Shown one piece after another: positions 39,153 through 53,221 of a DNA stretch of 64,000 nt. The DNA is taken from assembly GCF_009914755.1 (NCBI RefSeq), contig NC_060937.1; one strand, given 5' to 3'. The notes beneath the pieces were generated by a model, which worked only from the letters and a program-made list of their open reading frames with translations, did no database searches and was not told the origin of the DNA. Within the stretch, counting starts at the first letter, position 1, and every line of letters starts with the position of its first letter. The translations under genes were made by a program, and so were the position numbers. The stretch is from the human T2T-CHM13v2.0 reference genome, Homo sapiens.

Positions 39153-39799
39153 CTGTGTTTGCCTTGGCTATGCTACTCACATCTTATTGAGACTACAATT
39201 TAATCAAAATCATCTATTATTAAAGTAAACAAAGAAACATAAACTTCTCCAGATCATCTTGCTGCTAGCTAAAAATCTTGGGTTCTCTGATTATAGACAG
39301 CAGGAAAAATAGATATTGAAAACACAAATACAGTCTCTACAAGTGGTATCTTCTGGGACTGATGTAGCCACTAATGAATTCAGTGTCCCTAACAGAAGTG
39401 AACCAGTTAGTAAAAAATGAAATAATTCATAAAACCAAAAAGCATAATTTCTGTGATTGCCTCATCTGTCAAAGTTGTATCAAGAACTGAAGTCTACTTT
39501 AAGATTTGATCTCAGAATTCTTAGTCATCAGAGGACCAAGCATCAAATAAATCAATCTGTTGCTGGCATAACCACAAGAAAAAAATCCCTTTTAGGCAAA
39601 TGAGAATGCATTTGTTCTATTTTTAATAATATCAGCCTCAAGTACATCACAAGCATTTGTTTACCTTTGTTACATTTTTCATGCTTATTGAAATGCATGT
39701 AGGATTGATATGAAGGCACACTTACAAACTTTCATAAAGAATTACATTTTGTAACCATAGCCTTGAATATTAATGATTTTTATGTTTATTATAAGTCGA

Positions 39800-40094
39800 G
39801 GCTGGGTGCAGTGCCTTGTGGCTGCAATCCCAGCACTTTGGGAGGCTGAGGCCAGCAGATCACTTGAGCCCAGGAGTCTGCGATCAGTCTGGGAAATATT
39901 GCAAGACCTTGACTCTACATAAAATAAAAAATTAGCTGGGCATGGTGGCATGCCCCTGTATACCCTCTCTGCTACTTGGGAGGCTGAGGTGGGACGATCA
40001 CCTGAGCTTGGGAGGTCGAGGTTGCAGTGAGCCGTGAGCATGCCACTGCACTGTGGGCTGGGCAACAGGTTGAGACCCTGTATCAAAAAAAAAA
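39800..40094 (+). mobile_element. Alu (AluJ), inserted at the 3' end of the adjacent L1
   Basis: J-type Alu with A tail. Confidence 0.95.
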
Positions 40095-43000
40095 CTGACA
40101 ATCTGTAATTACATCAATTTTTATAGTACAAAGTGTTGTTATGGTTTATGAATACAATATAGAATAATTAAATCAAGTTAATTAAGGTATCCATCACCTC
40201 AAATGTTTTCTAAGAATACTTAAAATTACTTCCTTAGCAATTTTGCAATGTACAATATACTATTACCAACTTTATTCACCATATTCTGAAAATCATCTCA
40301 TTTTAAAATGTATTCCTCCTGAGATATTGTACACTGTGGTCCTTACATCCCCATTACCACCAGCTCCCAATCTCTGTAACCCACATTCTATTCTTTGCTT
40401 CTATGAGTTTGACTGTTTTGGATTCCACCTATAATGAAAACATGAGGTATTTGTCTTTCTTTGCCTGGCTTGTTTCACTTAGCATAATACTCTAAAATTT
40501 CATATACGGGGTTGCAAATGACAGAATTTCTTCTTTTTTAAGGCTGCCTAGTATTCCATTATGTACCTTTACCACCTTTTCTTTAAGTGTTCATCAATTG
40601 ATGGATACATAAGTTGACTCCATAACGTGACTTGTGAATAGTGGTGCAATGAACATGGAAGTGCACACATCTCTTTCACAAATTGACTTTAATTGTTTTA
40701 GGTAAATATTTACAAGTAGGATTGCTGGATCATATGATAATTCTATTTTTAGTGTTTCAGAAATCTCTGTACATTTTTCTATAACGACTGTATTAGTTTA
40801 CATTCCCAACAATAGTGTTCAGGGTTTCCTTTTATCCACATTCTAGCTAACAATTTTTATATTTTGTCTTTTGGATAACAATAATTCTGACAGGTGTAAG
40901 ATGATATCTTATTGTGGTTTTAATATGCACTTCCATAAGGATTAATAATGTTGAGCATTTTTTCACATATATGTTGGTCATTTGTATGTCATCTTTTGAC
41001 AGCTGTCTATTCTGGTCTTTTTTCCATTTTTCAATTGCTTTTACTTGTTTGTTTCTTTGGTTTGGTTTGTTATTGAGTTGTGTAAACTACTTATATATTT
41101 TGGATATTAATTCCCTATCAGATATATGGCTTGCAAATATTTTCTCCCAGTCTGTAGGTTGTTAGTTCACACTGTTAACTATTTCATTTGCTGTTCAGAA
41201 GATTTTTTAGTCTGGTATAATCCCATTTACCTATTTTTGCTTTTGTTGCCTGTGCTTTCAGGGTCAAATCCAGAAAAAATCATTGCTCAGGCCATTGTCA
41301 CATAGCTTTTCCCCTTTTTCTGCTTTCATACGTTTCATGTTATTAATCAGTAGTCTTTTATTCAGCTTAAAGAACTCCCTTTTGCAGTTCCTCTAAGGCA
41401 GGTCTAGTGACTGTGTTAGCTTTCATTTATCTGGGAAAGTTTTTATTTCTCCTTCATTTCTGAAAGACAGCATTCATTGCTGGGTAAAGTATTTTTTTGT
41501 TGACAGTAGTTTTCCTTCAGCACATTGAATATATCATCCTATTCTTTCTTAGCTTGCAGGGTTTCTACTGAGAAATCTGCTGATAGTCATTACAGTACTC
41601 CTTTGTATGTGATGTGTTTCCTATCTCTTGGCACTCTTAGATTTTGTTTGTTTGTTTTTAATAGTTTGATTCCTGTGTGTCTTGGTAAATTTCTCTTTTG
41701 GTTCAATCTCACTAGAGACCTCTGCACTCTCTATACTGGCATACTGTTATCTATCTCTAGATTAGGATGGTTTTTAGTCATCATTTCTTTAATGTTTTCT
41801 GGCTTTTTTTCTCTTTATTCACCTTCTAAAACTTCTATTATGTAATGAGTTAGTCTCTTGATAGCCTATAATTTCCAAAGGCTTTCTTCACTCTTTTCTT
41901 TTCTGCTTTTTTGTCCTTTTGCTCTTTTGACTGGCTAATTTCAAATGTTCTGTCTTCCAGATTCCTTATTTTTTTGACTGCTTGATCAAGTCTGCTGTTG
42001 AAGTGTTCTATTGATTTTTTTCATTTCAGTCACTGTATTCCTCATCTTTAGGATTTCCATTGGTTACTTTTATTGTTTCTATTGCTTTGTCAAATTTCTA
42101 GGTTTGTCATTTATTGTTTTTAAAAATTCATTTAATTTTCTATTTATATATGTTTGTATTTTGATGAACTTCTTTAAGGAAATTATTGTGATTTTTCAGT
42201 CATTTCATAGATCTCCATTTCATAAGGTCCATTATTGGAGATTTATTTGTTCCTTTTGAAGGTGTTATGATTCCTTGATTCTTCATAATCCTTGCATATT
42301 TGTCTGTACGTTTGAGGAGACAGCCTTATCTTCTAGCCATTACAGGTGTTGTTTGTTTGTTTGTTTGTTTTTTGTTTGGCAGGGATACACCATGATTTGG
42401 ACCAACCTGTGATTCTGGAGGGGTCAGATAGTGACAATCTTGAAACATCAAACCTTGTGGGTTCTCTAGTTGGCTAAGTCACCGATTTGTTCTGATGTCA
42501 GGTAGAGCTGCTGGCTGGTCTCCATTCCACTGAGTCCACTGGTTAGGTTTTACTATCAGATGAAGCTAATGGCTGGGTAGTGAAAAGTTGCTTGTTAGAC
42601 CAGTTACAGAATGTATTACCCAGCCAGGAAATTCCACTATCTGGGATCTACGGTTGTACAGAACTGTAGACTGAACTTCAAGTTTAGGTGGAGTTGCTGC
42701 TCAGAATAGGCAGGACTAGAGTCTGTGCTCTTTAAAAATGCAAAATAGAGAATTGCCTTCCTGTCAATGTGAAGCCATGGGGTGGGCTCTTGGTTGAATC
42801 AAGTAGCTTTTTGACCTCCTGGGTCAAGTAGATCTATACCCTATGTTTTTCTAAAATGCACATAGGTGGGAGTCTCCCTGCTTAGGTGGGGTTGTAGAAC
42901 AGGCTTTTTGGCTGACTGGAGTTACTGCTTAACTTCCTGAATCAAGTATTTCTAGCCCCTACACTTCTTCAAAATGGTTGGAGGCAGGCATCTCTGCTTG

Positions 43001-44000
43001 GGCAAAGTCATTTGGGATGTGCTTTGAGGTTGGGCATGGGGACCATCCATCTAGTGACTCAAGCAATGTTGCACCTCCCACCATGCTTCTGGAGGTAACT
43101 AGCTGTACTTTGAGGGTGAGCTATGATGTTGCCTAATATCTCCGAAAAACTGCCACAATTGGCAGAAATGCATAGGCACCATTAAGATCTGCGCATGGTC
43201 ACTATTACCTCTGCCTCACTTCTTTGTTTCTACCTAATCCCAAACGGTCTAGCCATGCCATTAACACCAGTGCCCCTAGTGAGATGAGAACAGATTGGGA
43301 ACCATGGAAAGCATCTCAGAATAGTAGGGAAGTTGAATTACTGTTTCCAGTTTGCTTTTTTTCCCCTGTAGAAACTGTGAATTCTGGAAAATTCTATCTG
43401 GCATTATGCCAACTTGGGGGAAGGGAATGGGCAGTGCAATGGGAGTAAGACCAGTCTTTTTGTCCTTCTAATTTCAATTTTCATTCAATTCTGTGGGTCA
43501 TATGGGTGTCTCAGGTTTGTTTCCAAGTATTGAAATTTTCAAAAAGATGTTCTGGTCTGTAGATAGTTGCTAGTTGAACTTTCTTTTCTTTCTTTCTTTC
43601 TTTGTTTCTTTCTTTCCTTCCTTCCTTCCTTCCTCTCTCTCTCTCCCTCTCTCTTTCTTTCTTAGTCTCACCCTGTCACCAGGCTGGGGGGCATTGATGT
43701 GATCTCAGCTCACTGCAACCTCCGTCTCCAGGTTTCAAGCAATTCTTCTGCCTCAGCTTCCTGAGTAGCTGGAATTACACATGTGTGCCACCACAGCCAG
43801 CTAACGTTTGTATTTTTAGTAGAGATGGGTTTCACCATGTTGGCCAGGCTGGTCTTGAACACCCGACTTCATATGATCCACTCACCTTGGCTTCCCAAAG
43901 TGCTGGAATTATAGGCATGAGCCACTGCACCTGGCCTGAACTTTCTTTGAAGAGGAGTGGAGCCTGAAATATCCTTTTGTGCCATCTTGCTGACATCACC
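40095..44000 (-). mobile_element. L1MA/L1M-type LINE-1 with 5'UTR and ORF1 joined directly to the ORF2 3' end and 3'UTR (most of ORF2 missing)
   Basis: 5' terminus ggtgatgtcagcaagatggc (reverse complement of 43981-44000). ORF1-like at ~41325-42340, junction at ~41323, ORF2 end and 3'UTR at 40095-41322. Confidence 0.8.
43587..43936 (-). mobile_element. Alu (AluS) with a pyrimidine microsatellite tail, inserted in the L1 5'UTR
   Basis: TSD tgaactttcttt at 43575-43586 and 43937-43948; (TTTC)(TTCC)(TC) tail. Confidence 0.95.
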
Positions 44001-44861
44001 AAACCAAATTTTTTACATTAGTATTTATGTGTCTCATAAAATAAACTACTTCCTGCCTTCTATAGAGACAGAGAAATTTTTAAAGCCATAAGGGAAATGT
44101 AACACAAATCGGTCATTTACATTCACATTATTTTCTTATTATAATGGCTAAATTCTTAAAACAATATTTAATCTATAAAGAAATTTATAAGTAAAATATT
44201 TATTCTTTGCTGAAGATTAACTGAGGTAATAAAATTTCTCTATATATGTATACATAGGTTATTTTACTTAACCCAATGTCGTTAAAAAAGATACCAATAT
44301 TGAAAATGAGGCTGAAATAATTTTCATTTCAAGCTCATTATTATAAATTCTTCATTATCTATATTCACATATTATCTTTTCTAGAATCATGTGTAGAATA
44401 TGAGCTTATGCATTGGCCTCAAATATTTTTCTGCAAGCATAGTTTTTAAATCAAATATCAATAAAATAATCAATTTTATTATATTTTGTAATTCCAGAAA
44501 ATTTCTAACCTCAAAAAAGTATTTTATAACCAAAGAAGAATTTTAGTCAATGAAAAAATGAAAGGGGAGATCAGAGAAACATTACCTATAGTATATAATA
44601 AATACCCTAAATAGGTAAATACAGCTCAACTCACATTTGGAGACTACAACTATTGAGCATAGATGTTAAAAGTTAGATGATCATTACTTTTGCTGTATTC
44701 TATTCACTAGAAGCAAGTCACTAGGTGAAAGCCCAAGCTAAAGGGAGGAGAGGGAAGGGAGATTACAAAGGAGTAGTAAACTTCTGAGAGAGAGGCATAG
44801 GTTTATTATCTGGATTGTATTAATGATTCAGACATGTCAAGGTTAAGACTTTTCAAATTTT

Positions 44862-44996
44862 TTTATCCATCACCTCAAGCATTTATCCTTTGTGTTACAA
44901 ACAATGCAATTACATAGTTATTTTTAAATGTACAATTAAATTATTTTGACTATTGTCACCCTGTTGTGCTAGCCAACACTAGATCTTATTCATTCA
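44862..44996 (-). mobile_element. L1MA 3'UTR fragment
   Basis: atccatcacctcaagcatttatcctttgtgttacaaacaatgcaattac. Confidence 0.75.
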
Positions 44997-46199
44997 TATT
45001 TTTCCAATTTTATACTGTAACTATGTGCCAATTGTGTGCCAATTAAACTGCAATAAAGCTGTTTAATTAGAGAGAGAGAGACAGAGAGATATATATAGAG
45101 AAAAAACATTTACTTTTCATTAATTGCATCTTAGATTTCATTTTGTTCAACATCCACATTTCTGGAATATTTCCTAATGAGTTCTATGTTAGCTTTTTTT
45201 TCCCGTCCTTTGGCTTTTTCCTTTGCATTTTCAGATACATTTTGTTTCTGTAACAAGCTGTCACTTGGCCCATGTTTAAGTTGTTATATTTAAAGTTTCT
45301 ATCTCTAATTATATGTAACTGTGGAAAACTTGACATATTTCTAAATGCATAGAAAAGATAAAGGATAGACTATTAATGAGGTGGATATTATTATGATGTA
45401 ATGTTAACTACAAAGGAAACGGATTCTGAAAGCAAAACTTATTAAGCATTGCATGATCCATGTGTTTAAGACAGTTTAAACTTTTTAGTAAACATTTTCC
45501 CCCAAAATGTAGTCAAATGTGACCAGACTTTCATTTTACATAACTCTTCTAATGTTATAATGTTGTTCTTACAAATGCTTTACCAACACAGTTAAGCCAC
45601 AACATCTATTTGAAATATCCAGGTAATATAATCTAATTTATTTCTGAAAAATAGAGAGGTATAAAGCTTATGTGGTTTATCTGAAAATTACACATCATTA
45701 TTAGAAATAATACTATATTGCTATTATTCAATTATTCATATATTTTGTGAATTATCATTTATATACTAATAGGCATTTTAGTATGATCAATAACAAAGAA
45801 TAAGAAAAAAGTATTCCCCTTGCTTTACAACCTTTTCTGTGAATGTCAGTCCATTTATAAATAAATTATATGTTAAACACTAGATATAAAGCAGTGAAAA
45901 AAGAAACAAGGTCTATCTATACTTACATGGTGGGCATATTTTATAGATATATATTCTACAGTTTTCAAAATGTTTCATATTACCATTCACAAATGCCCAT
46001 GTAAGTCTGTTATTTTAGACTTGACAGTGAGAAAGAAAAAGAAAAGAACAAGTCAAATACCATTCATGGTTATTATCAAATAAAAAAAGGAAAATAGCAA
46101 AGTCTATTTCCATATAAATGCTTTATAACAAAAAGAAGAAAAAAGTTAAAATAATATTATTATAATAAAATTATTCAGAAAGGCAAAAATAAAATAATA

Positions 46200-48380
46200 T
46201 TAATAAGAATTAGAGAAGCATTGAAATGAGGTTATAAATGAAAATATAAATAGAAGCAACAAAATATAATATTTTAAAATATAAACGATTATAAGTAGTA
46301 TGAGAAAACATAATAATGCCTTAAAGTTAATACATTAAATATAAGAGATAAAAAGAATAATTAAAAATAAACACTAAAATAAATGAAGAAATAGATAAAA
46401 TGAGAATTGAGTACAAAGTGGCAAACATTAATCAGAGACAAAAATAATACATGTGAATAATAGGAGTCCCTGAATAAGAAAACCGAAGAAAGTAAACTGA
46501 CTAAAGGGTGTAAAAACCCTAACATCTATAATTTAAGAACAGTTTGCTAAAGTTATAATTGCATTTTGAAAGTCCATACTATGTGTCAGAGAAAGAAAAT
46601 ATAATTACTTGAACAGCTAAAGAAAAAATGTATTGTTTATAAGGAGGATAAATTAGTTCATCAGATCTTTTTACAGCCTTACTTTATCACAAAAGTGGAG
46701 TAACACATTTAAGATGCTCAAGGAAAAAAGTGCGAGTCGAGTAATTTGTAGACAGCAAAACTGAATATCAATATATAATAGGTATAAACAAAATGATATC
46801 AGCATAAACAAGCTCAGCAAATACGTCCTCATTTTCCATTTCTACAGAAATTGCAAGGAATGAGCTCCAGACAACCAAAATGATGGGAAAGATATCTACA
46901 TAAGGACTATGGATGACAACAAAATTTAGCTTTCTGTAAAAACAACACAGTGTACTAACAGGTAGACAGTATATAATATAATAGCTATATGTGTTGCCAA
47001 TACAAGTATAATGTCGCTATTCAAAAATGGTAGAAGAAATTAGGGGATCATATGCCAAAATTTTAATATTTATAATAATTATATTGGTGGAGGCATTAAT
47101 ATGATATTTTATATATTTTCTATTAGCATAATATAAATATATCTGTACTACATATTAGATATATATTTCTATACAATATATACATTATATATATAAAATA
47201 TTTCATAGCTTTTTCCTCTGAAAAGATTTAAAAGCAATGATCAATTCAGTAGCAATAATGATCTCTAACCCTAAAGTTATATTCTTAAAATAATGCCATT
47301 TATCACTTTCAGAAACTACAACTTCTCAGAAAAAAATGACTGTATATTGGAGATAAGAAATATGTGAGATTGACTTGGAATATCTTGTAATACCAGACAG
47401 CATAAAACTGCCAGACTACAAGAGTCATGGGCTCAGGATTCAACCTAGAGGCTCCTACTGGCTTAAGATAGAACGATTTCAGCTTCAAAAAACAAATTAT
47501 TTATTTCAATGAAACCAATCAATAATGGTTGTATTTATTATTTTGTTATGATAAAACAGAAAATAAATTGTCATTTTTTAGAGGATAACAAGAAATCATT
47601 CATTATATGGTAAATAAGCAAAATAATCAAGCATTTATGCTTGTTTTTCTACTTGTACTACACCACTGAATTAGCAAATAGTAGATGAGGATATGTCCTT
47701 TTATAAAGGCAATCCAAACAATAAATGAAAAATAATGATGGAATTAGAGTATCACCAGAAATGGACAGCTTATAGGCATTAAGCATCAATGACTGCTAAA
47801 ATCAAAACGAGAGGAAACCAACTATTATGTTTCCTACATACGCTTGCCAACACCATCCATAGTCTTGCCAAAAGGATCAAATCAGAGTCTGATCTAATCT
47901 TTGTATACAGCTGCCAAGTTGCAAGAAATCCAGAGTGTAGAAATATATGTAGAATTATACAAATAATATACAATCAGCAAAACCCAGAATTTGGCAAACT
48001 TTACAGGTTGAACAAAATTGCCATGCTTTTCCAAAAATACATTTTAAGAATATGGGAAGGATAAAAGAAAAGCCTATAGATTGAAAGTGATGTAAAGTTA
48101 TATTAACATTTTTAATGAGCATGACTAAACTCTAATGTCTAAAGCAGCAAATTTATGTGACAAGAAGAATACTAGGAAATGAGCGCTAAAAAGTCCAGAT
48201 AATTGTTACTTGCTGGAAAATGGAGAAATCTGTGATTCACATGGCTCTTAGGAAAGGACCTCATAAGTGGCTCACAAAGCTATTTTCCTTGACCTAGTGA
48301 TAGTTGCCTTATAATATATTTGAATTGTGTGGTTTTATTTTCCTGTGTTTTATTTTTGATTAAATAATTTTAAGTTGTTT
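46200..48380 (+). mobile_element. Very old L1M/HAL1-like remnants (ORF1-like region followed by L1MC/ME-type 3' sequence)
   Basis: A-rich ORF1-like motifs (taataggagtccctgaa, atttaagatgctcaaggaaa) and old L1 3'UTR-like blocks at 47200-48350; boundaries approximate. Confidence 0.5.
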
Positions 48381-50082
48381 GGGTACTGAGTGCTGAAAAA
48401 AATATTTTTAAAAAGCTAGGTAGATTTCCCTGGCTTTCTAATGGTTTCATGAAAAACAAAAACAAAAACAAAAACAAAACACCTGGGAAAACTTAACAGG
48501 ATATAAAAGCAGTATGGAAGTGTGTCAGTCTGGAGTAGAATTGGTGAGCATATCATATCTGGGAAATATTAATTTGGATAAAGTTCACAGAAAAAGTAAC
48601 AGAATACATTTGTATGCATAATCTTCAAGTACATGGACACATCGATGTATTTTTATATACGAAGTGAGCCAGAGGAAAATATGTGCCATGAATATGAAGA
48701 TGCACCTGGAATAAGAACATTCCTTTACATTAGCAGCATCTTCAATGAATTTAAAAAAAAAAAAAGTCAACACTCACGGATAGAATTCATGGGAATTATT
48801 TCAGAATTGACTTTTCTGAACATACTGGAGAGGATGCGGGTGAGATAATCTTGTTCCAAATATGTATACAGTTATGGATCAAAGCTAAGTCTTTCAAATG
48901 CAACAATATGGATTCAGGGTTCCCATGGAGATGTTCTCTGATTTTTCTTTTGCATTCCAATAATTAGTTTATATTGAATCCAAACCTTACCAGGATTTAC
49001 GACTTTTTAAATAAATTATGCTCACAGAAACCTATACCTTCTCATTAGCAAGGTTTTGAATTCTGCTTTATATTAGATTCATGGTATCTGTAATCCATTT
49101 ATTTTCTATCAAGAATATTTATACTGTTTCCATTGTATTTCCTATTAGAGCTTTAGTGGTTTTCTAAATTCAGCATGAGCATGTGTGCCAAGGACATGCT
49201 TTTTATTCAGAAAATGCCTAAAAAGGCAGACGAACAGACATCTATGAAAAAAAATCTAAAAACATCTCACAATTTCACCATATGTCAAGGGCATTAAAGT
49301 GAGAAATACAGTAGAGGAAGAAAATCCATTTGATGATACAAAGAATATGTAATGGAAGACTGAGTTTGACTAATACAGTGCCAGGATTTTGAGGTGTCCA
49401 GGAAGAATTTGAGATAATTTATTAAACAGTAAAACTTTTGTTCTGAGAAAATTTCTACATTAGAGATACATATAGATCAGTATTAAAATCAATAAATACA
49501 TAGAATATGTTTCTCTTCTCTTATTCAGATATCGACATATAACAGAAGAAATATCAATTTGATATCTAAGAAATATCTAATATATTTTTTCTAATTAAGA
49601 ACAAATAAATGAAAAAAACAAGTGAAACCTTTAATTTGCATATAAATAAGGGAATTAACACCAGCATCTAAGGTTATGTCAATCTGTAGAAGATTAATTC
49701 TTTCTCACCAGAATTTGTTTCCATGACATATTCAAGCCATTTATCAGGCCCAGATATTCCACTTTCCAGTATAAGCCTTCAAAGTACAAAAACATGAACT
49801 GTACCACCCCACTTACGTTGCATGGATGTTCTCTTGCTTACTTTTATTCAAGTCCCTTCCTAAACTTGTTGAGCAGTATTTCCACATACTTACTGATCAT
49901 AACAATCACGAAAAATAGTTGTTATATAATAGAGCTTTTTATTTCCCGTTATTACCAGATGAGCAAACATGCCATCTTGAATTCTAATCAGTAACACACA
50001 TGATTCTTATTACAATGTCTTGTATTGAATATTTTTTACATTCAATAAAGTCAATTTCACACTTTAAAAATCAGCCTACATT

Positions 50083-50383
<301 letters not shown>

Positions 50384-51623
50384 TCAGCCTATATTGTTTA
50401 AATATAGTTTCATTTGTAACTGACAAAATTATAACATCATAATCTAATGTAAATCAAGTGTAATTATTTTAACTTTGGATAATGTATCATTTCTAATTTT
50501 ATACTGTAGAATTTAAATAAGCCAAATAGAAATGTAATTATTTAATGACATAAAATAAAAAGAGATCATCCTTATCAACACTCCTGTGATATCTGTGTGA
50601 GACCTAGTAGACGATAAAAACCAAGTGTTCTGACAAGTTTTATTTGGTTGAGCATCGGTATTGGAAAACAAGTATGGATTTAGACAAAGATTTCAATTTG
50701 TCCAGGACTCTTCTGTGCTCCAACTTTCTCTTTAAAGGAAAATTCTGTCTTCTATTTAAGTGCTGGATGCTTCCTTGATTACTGAGGACCATGTTTCAAA
50801 CAAAACAAATCTGTAATCAGATATCAGCCACTGGCAGGAATTAAAAATTGTTTATTTGTTACTATGTTGAAGTGTTTTGGTTCTTAGAGTCATACTAAGC
50901 ATTTCTTCTCAAATGTGGAATCATATTTACATCTCAGGCATCCATAGACAGAAGGTAAGACATTAAGAGGCAGAGGGCAGGGATGAGAGATTTTAATTGG
51001 CATGATTAAATATATTCTCCTTAAAAATTATAATGAAAACCAATGTCCTATTTTGACTAGTGAAGGCTAAAATCTCTTACAGTATTTTTCTGCGATAACA
51101 TTTCATATGCAAAATCATGTTCCTGGCTCTTTTATTGCCAATGATGTTTTTGGATCTTTCTTGCCTTTAATTTTGTATATTTTCCTGTGACCTACTACTA
51201 TCCCCGGGTTTCTTAGCAATAAACAGTGGAAACACTCTATCCAAATTGCTATTTTTTAAATAACTGCCTACGAAGACAATCCTAAATGTCTGCTTTCAAC
51301 ACTGGTGCCTAAGGGTGAACACGCACATAATTCTTTTTAAGGCATCTCTTCTCTGCATTTCAGCAACCAAGACTACTCCCAAGGAGGATAAGAAGAAGAA
51401 GAGCGATCCAGGGCTCTTCTCGACATCACCCAAAATTCACTAAATAGAGTTCCTCTCAAGATTTATGACTCTTATTTAATGATATCAGTCCTGTGATAAA
51501 TGCAGAAGTCAGATGCCCAGATGAGATGGTGTCTTTAATTCTGTGCACCACAGTTTTCTGTTGTAGCTTTGTTTTCCTCAAATAAACTTGAGACACCAAA
51601 ATGATTTTTGAAGTTTGAAAAAC

Positions 51624-52056
51624 TTTTAATGACTGCCCAGTGAGATTATTTTCCATCAGTTCTAGACTTTGTTGTTCAATGTGTTAGAATTTCTCACCAT
51701 AGGCTCAGGATTATTTTATTTAGGTCCATCTGAAAATATACAAGTTAATGAAATAACATCACTATGTAATATGTTTCTATTTCAAGAATGTCTATTTGAC
51801 TCATAAAATATAAGTTAAAAAGACTCTTAAAAATATTAAAGGCAGAGGAATAGATTTTTAGACAAATAAAAAATAAAAATTTAAGGAAAGCCACACTCTT
51901 TAAAATGCATCAATCTGGTAGTCTTCATCAGATAGACAGAGTTGCCCCAACCCCCGCCTAAAACACACACACACACAGTCAGGAGCCCAACATTTTAGTT
52001 GGGATCAGCAAATTTGACTATTTCTCACCATCCTGCTTTCTTAGGAATGTAAACTT
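51624..52056 (+). repeat. Local duplication copy 1 (block A 51624-51911, block B 51945-52056)
   Basis: Alignable by eye to 53774-54064 (A) and 53222-53338 (B). Confidence 0.85.
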
Positions 52057-52329
52057 GTTTTCTGAGTCAGAGGAAACCAAGAAAGTGTCCTTCATTCACT
52101 TACACAAATGATGGTATTTTAAGCCATCGAAGACTAGAAAATCAATTATGTGTATGTGCATGTGTGTGTGCACATGAATTCCACACTTTTTCCCTCAGTC
52201 TTTCCACCTGAAATTTGAATCCAGTGATGACCTCGGCCTGTAAGAACAGGCTAAATTAAATTCCTAGCCCACTACTGAATGGGCAGTAAATACACTAGTG
52301 GCTTTATGCTTCTCCAGCAGGTTAGAGGA

Positions 52330-53045
52330 CCAACAGCCACTATAAAAAATAGTATGGTGATTCCTCACAAAACCAAAAATGGAACTACCACGTGATACAG
52401 CAACCCTATTGCTGAGTGTACATCCAAAAGAAGGGAAACCAGTGTACCGAAGAGATATCTATATCTCCATGTTTACTGCAGCACTATTCAAAATAGAAAA
52501 CATGCAATGAAACTAAGTGCTTATCAACAGATGAATGGATAAAGAAAATATGAAACATATACACATGGAGTATTATTTATCCATAAAAGAAAGTAAAATG
52601 CTGCCATTTTCAGCAACATGGATAGAACTGGAGGACGTTATGTTAAGTGAAATAAAGGCAGAGAAAGACAAATATCACATATTCTCATTTATTTATGATC
52701 TCATGGAGCTAATAAATAGAATGGTTATAGAGGCTGAGAATAGTAGGGAGGAGGGTTTGAAAGGGTTTGTTAATGGGAACAAATATACAGTTAGTAAGAA
52801 TAAGATGTAGTGTTTGGTAGCACAAGAGGACAACTATAATTAAAAACAATTTATTGTATATTTCAAAAGAGCTGGAAGAGAGGATTTGAAGTGTTTCCAA
52901 TACAAATAAATGATAAATGTTTGAAGTGATGGAAATTTGATTACCCGGATTTGATCACTGCACATTGTATGCTCATATCAAAGACATCACACATACCCCA
53001 TAAATATGTAAAAATATTATGTAATGATAAAAATTAAAAATAAAA
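52330..53045 (+). mobile_element. 5'-truncated L1MA-type 3' end
   Basis: ORF 52535-52810 resembles the ORF2 C-terminus (ATWIELEDVMLSEI); L1MA 3'UTR and A tail. Confidence 0.88.
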
Positions 53046-53221
53046 GTGAATTAATTATTTATCTGATGCTCTCTTCCTTTCTGAATCTTTCAGTACCAAT
53101 CACTGATAATAACAGTACCCCATAATAAACAGAGGTGGCTGTGTAAGCATAAATTTGTAATAATTCCTATCATGACTTGCCTATTTTTAAAATTTTGAGC
53201 TCCAAGTATTCCCCACGTCAT

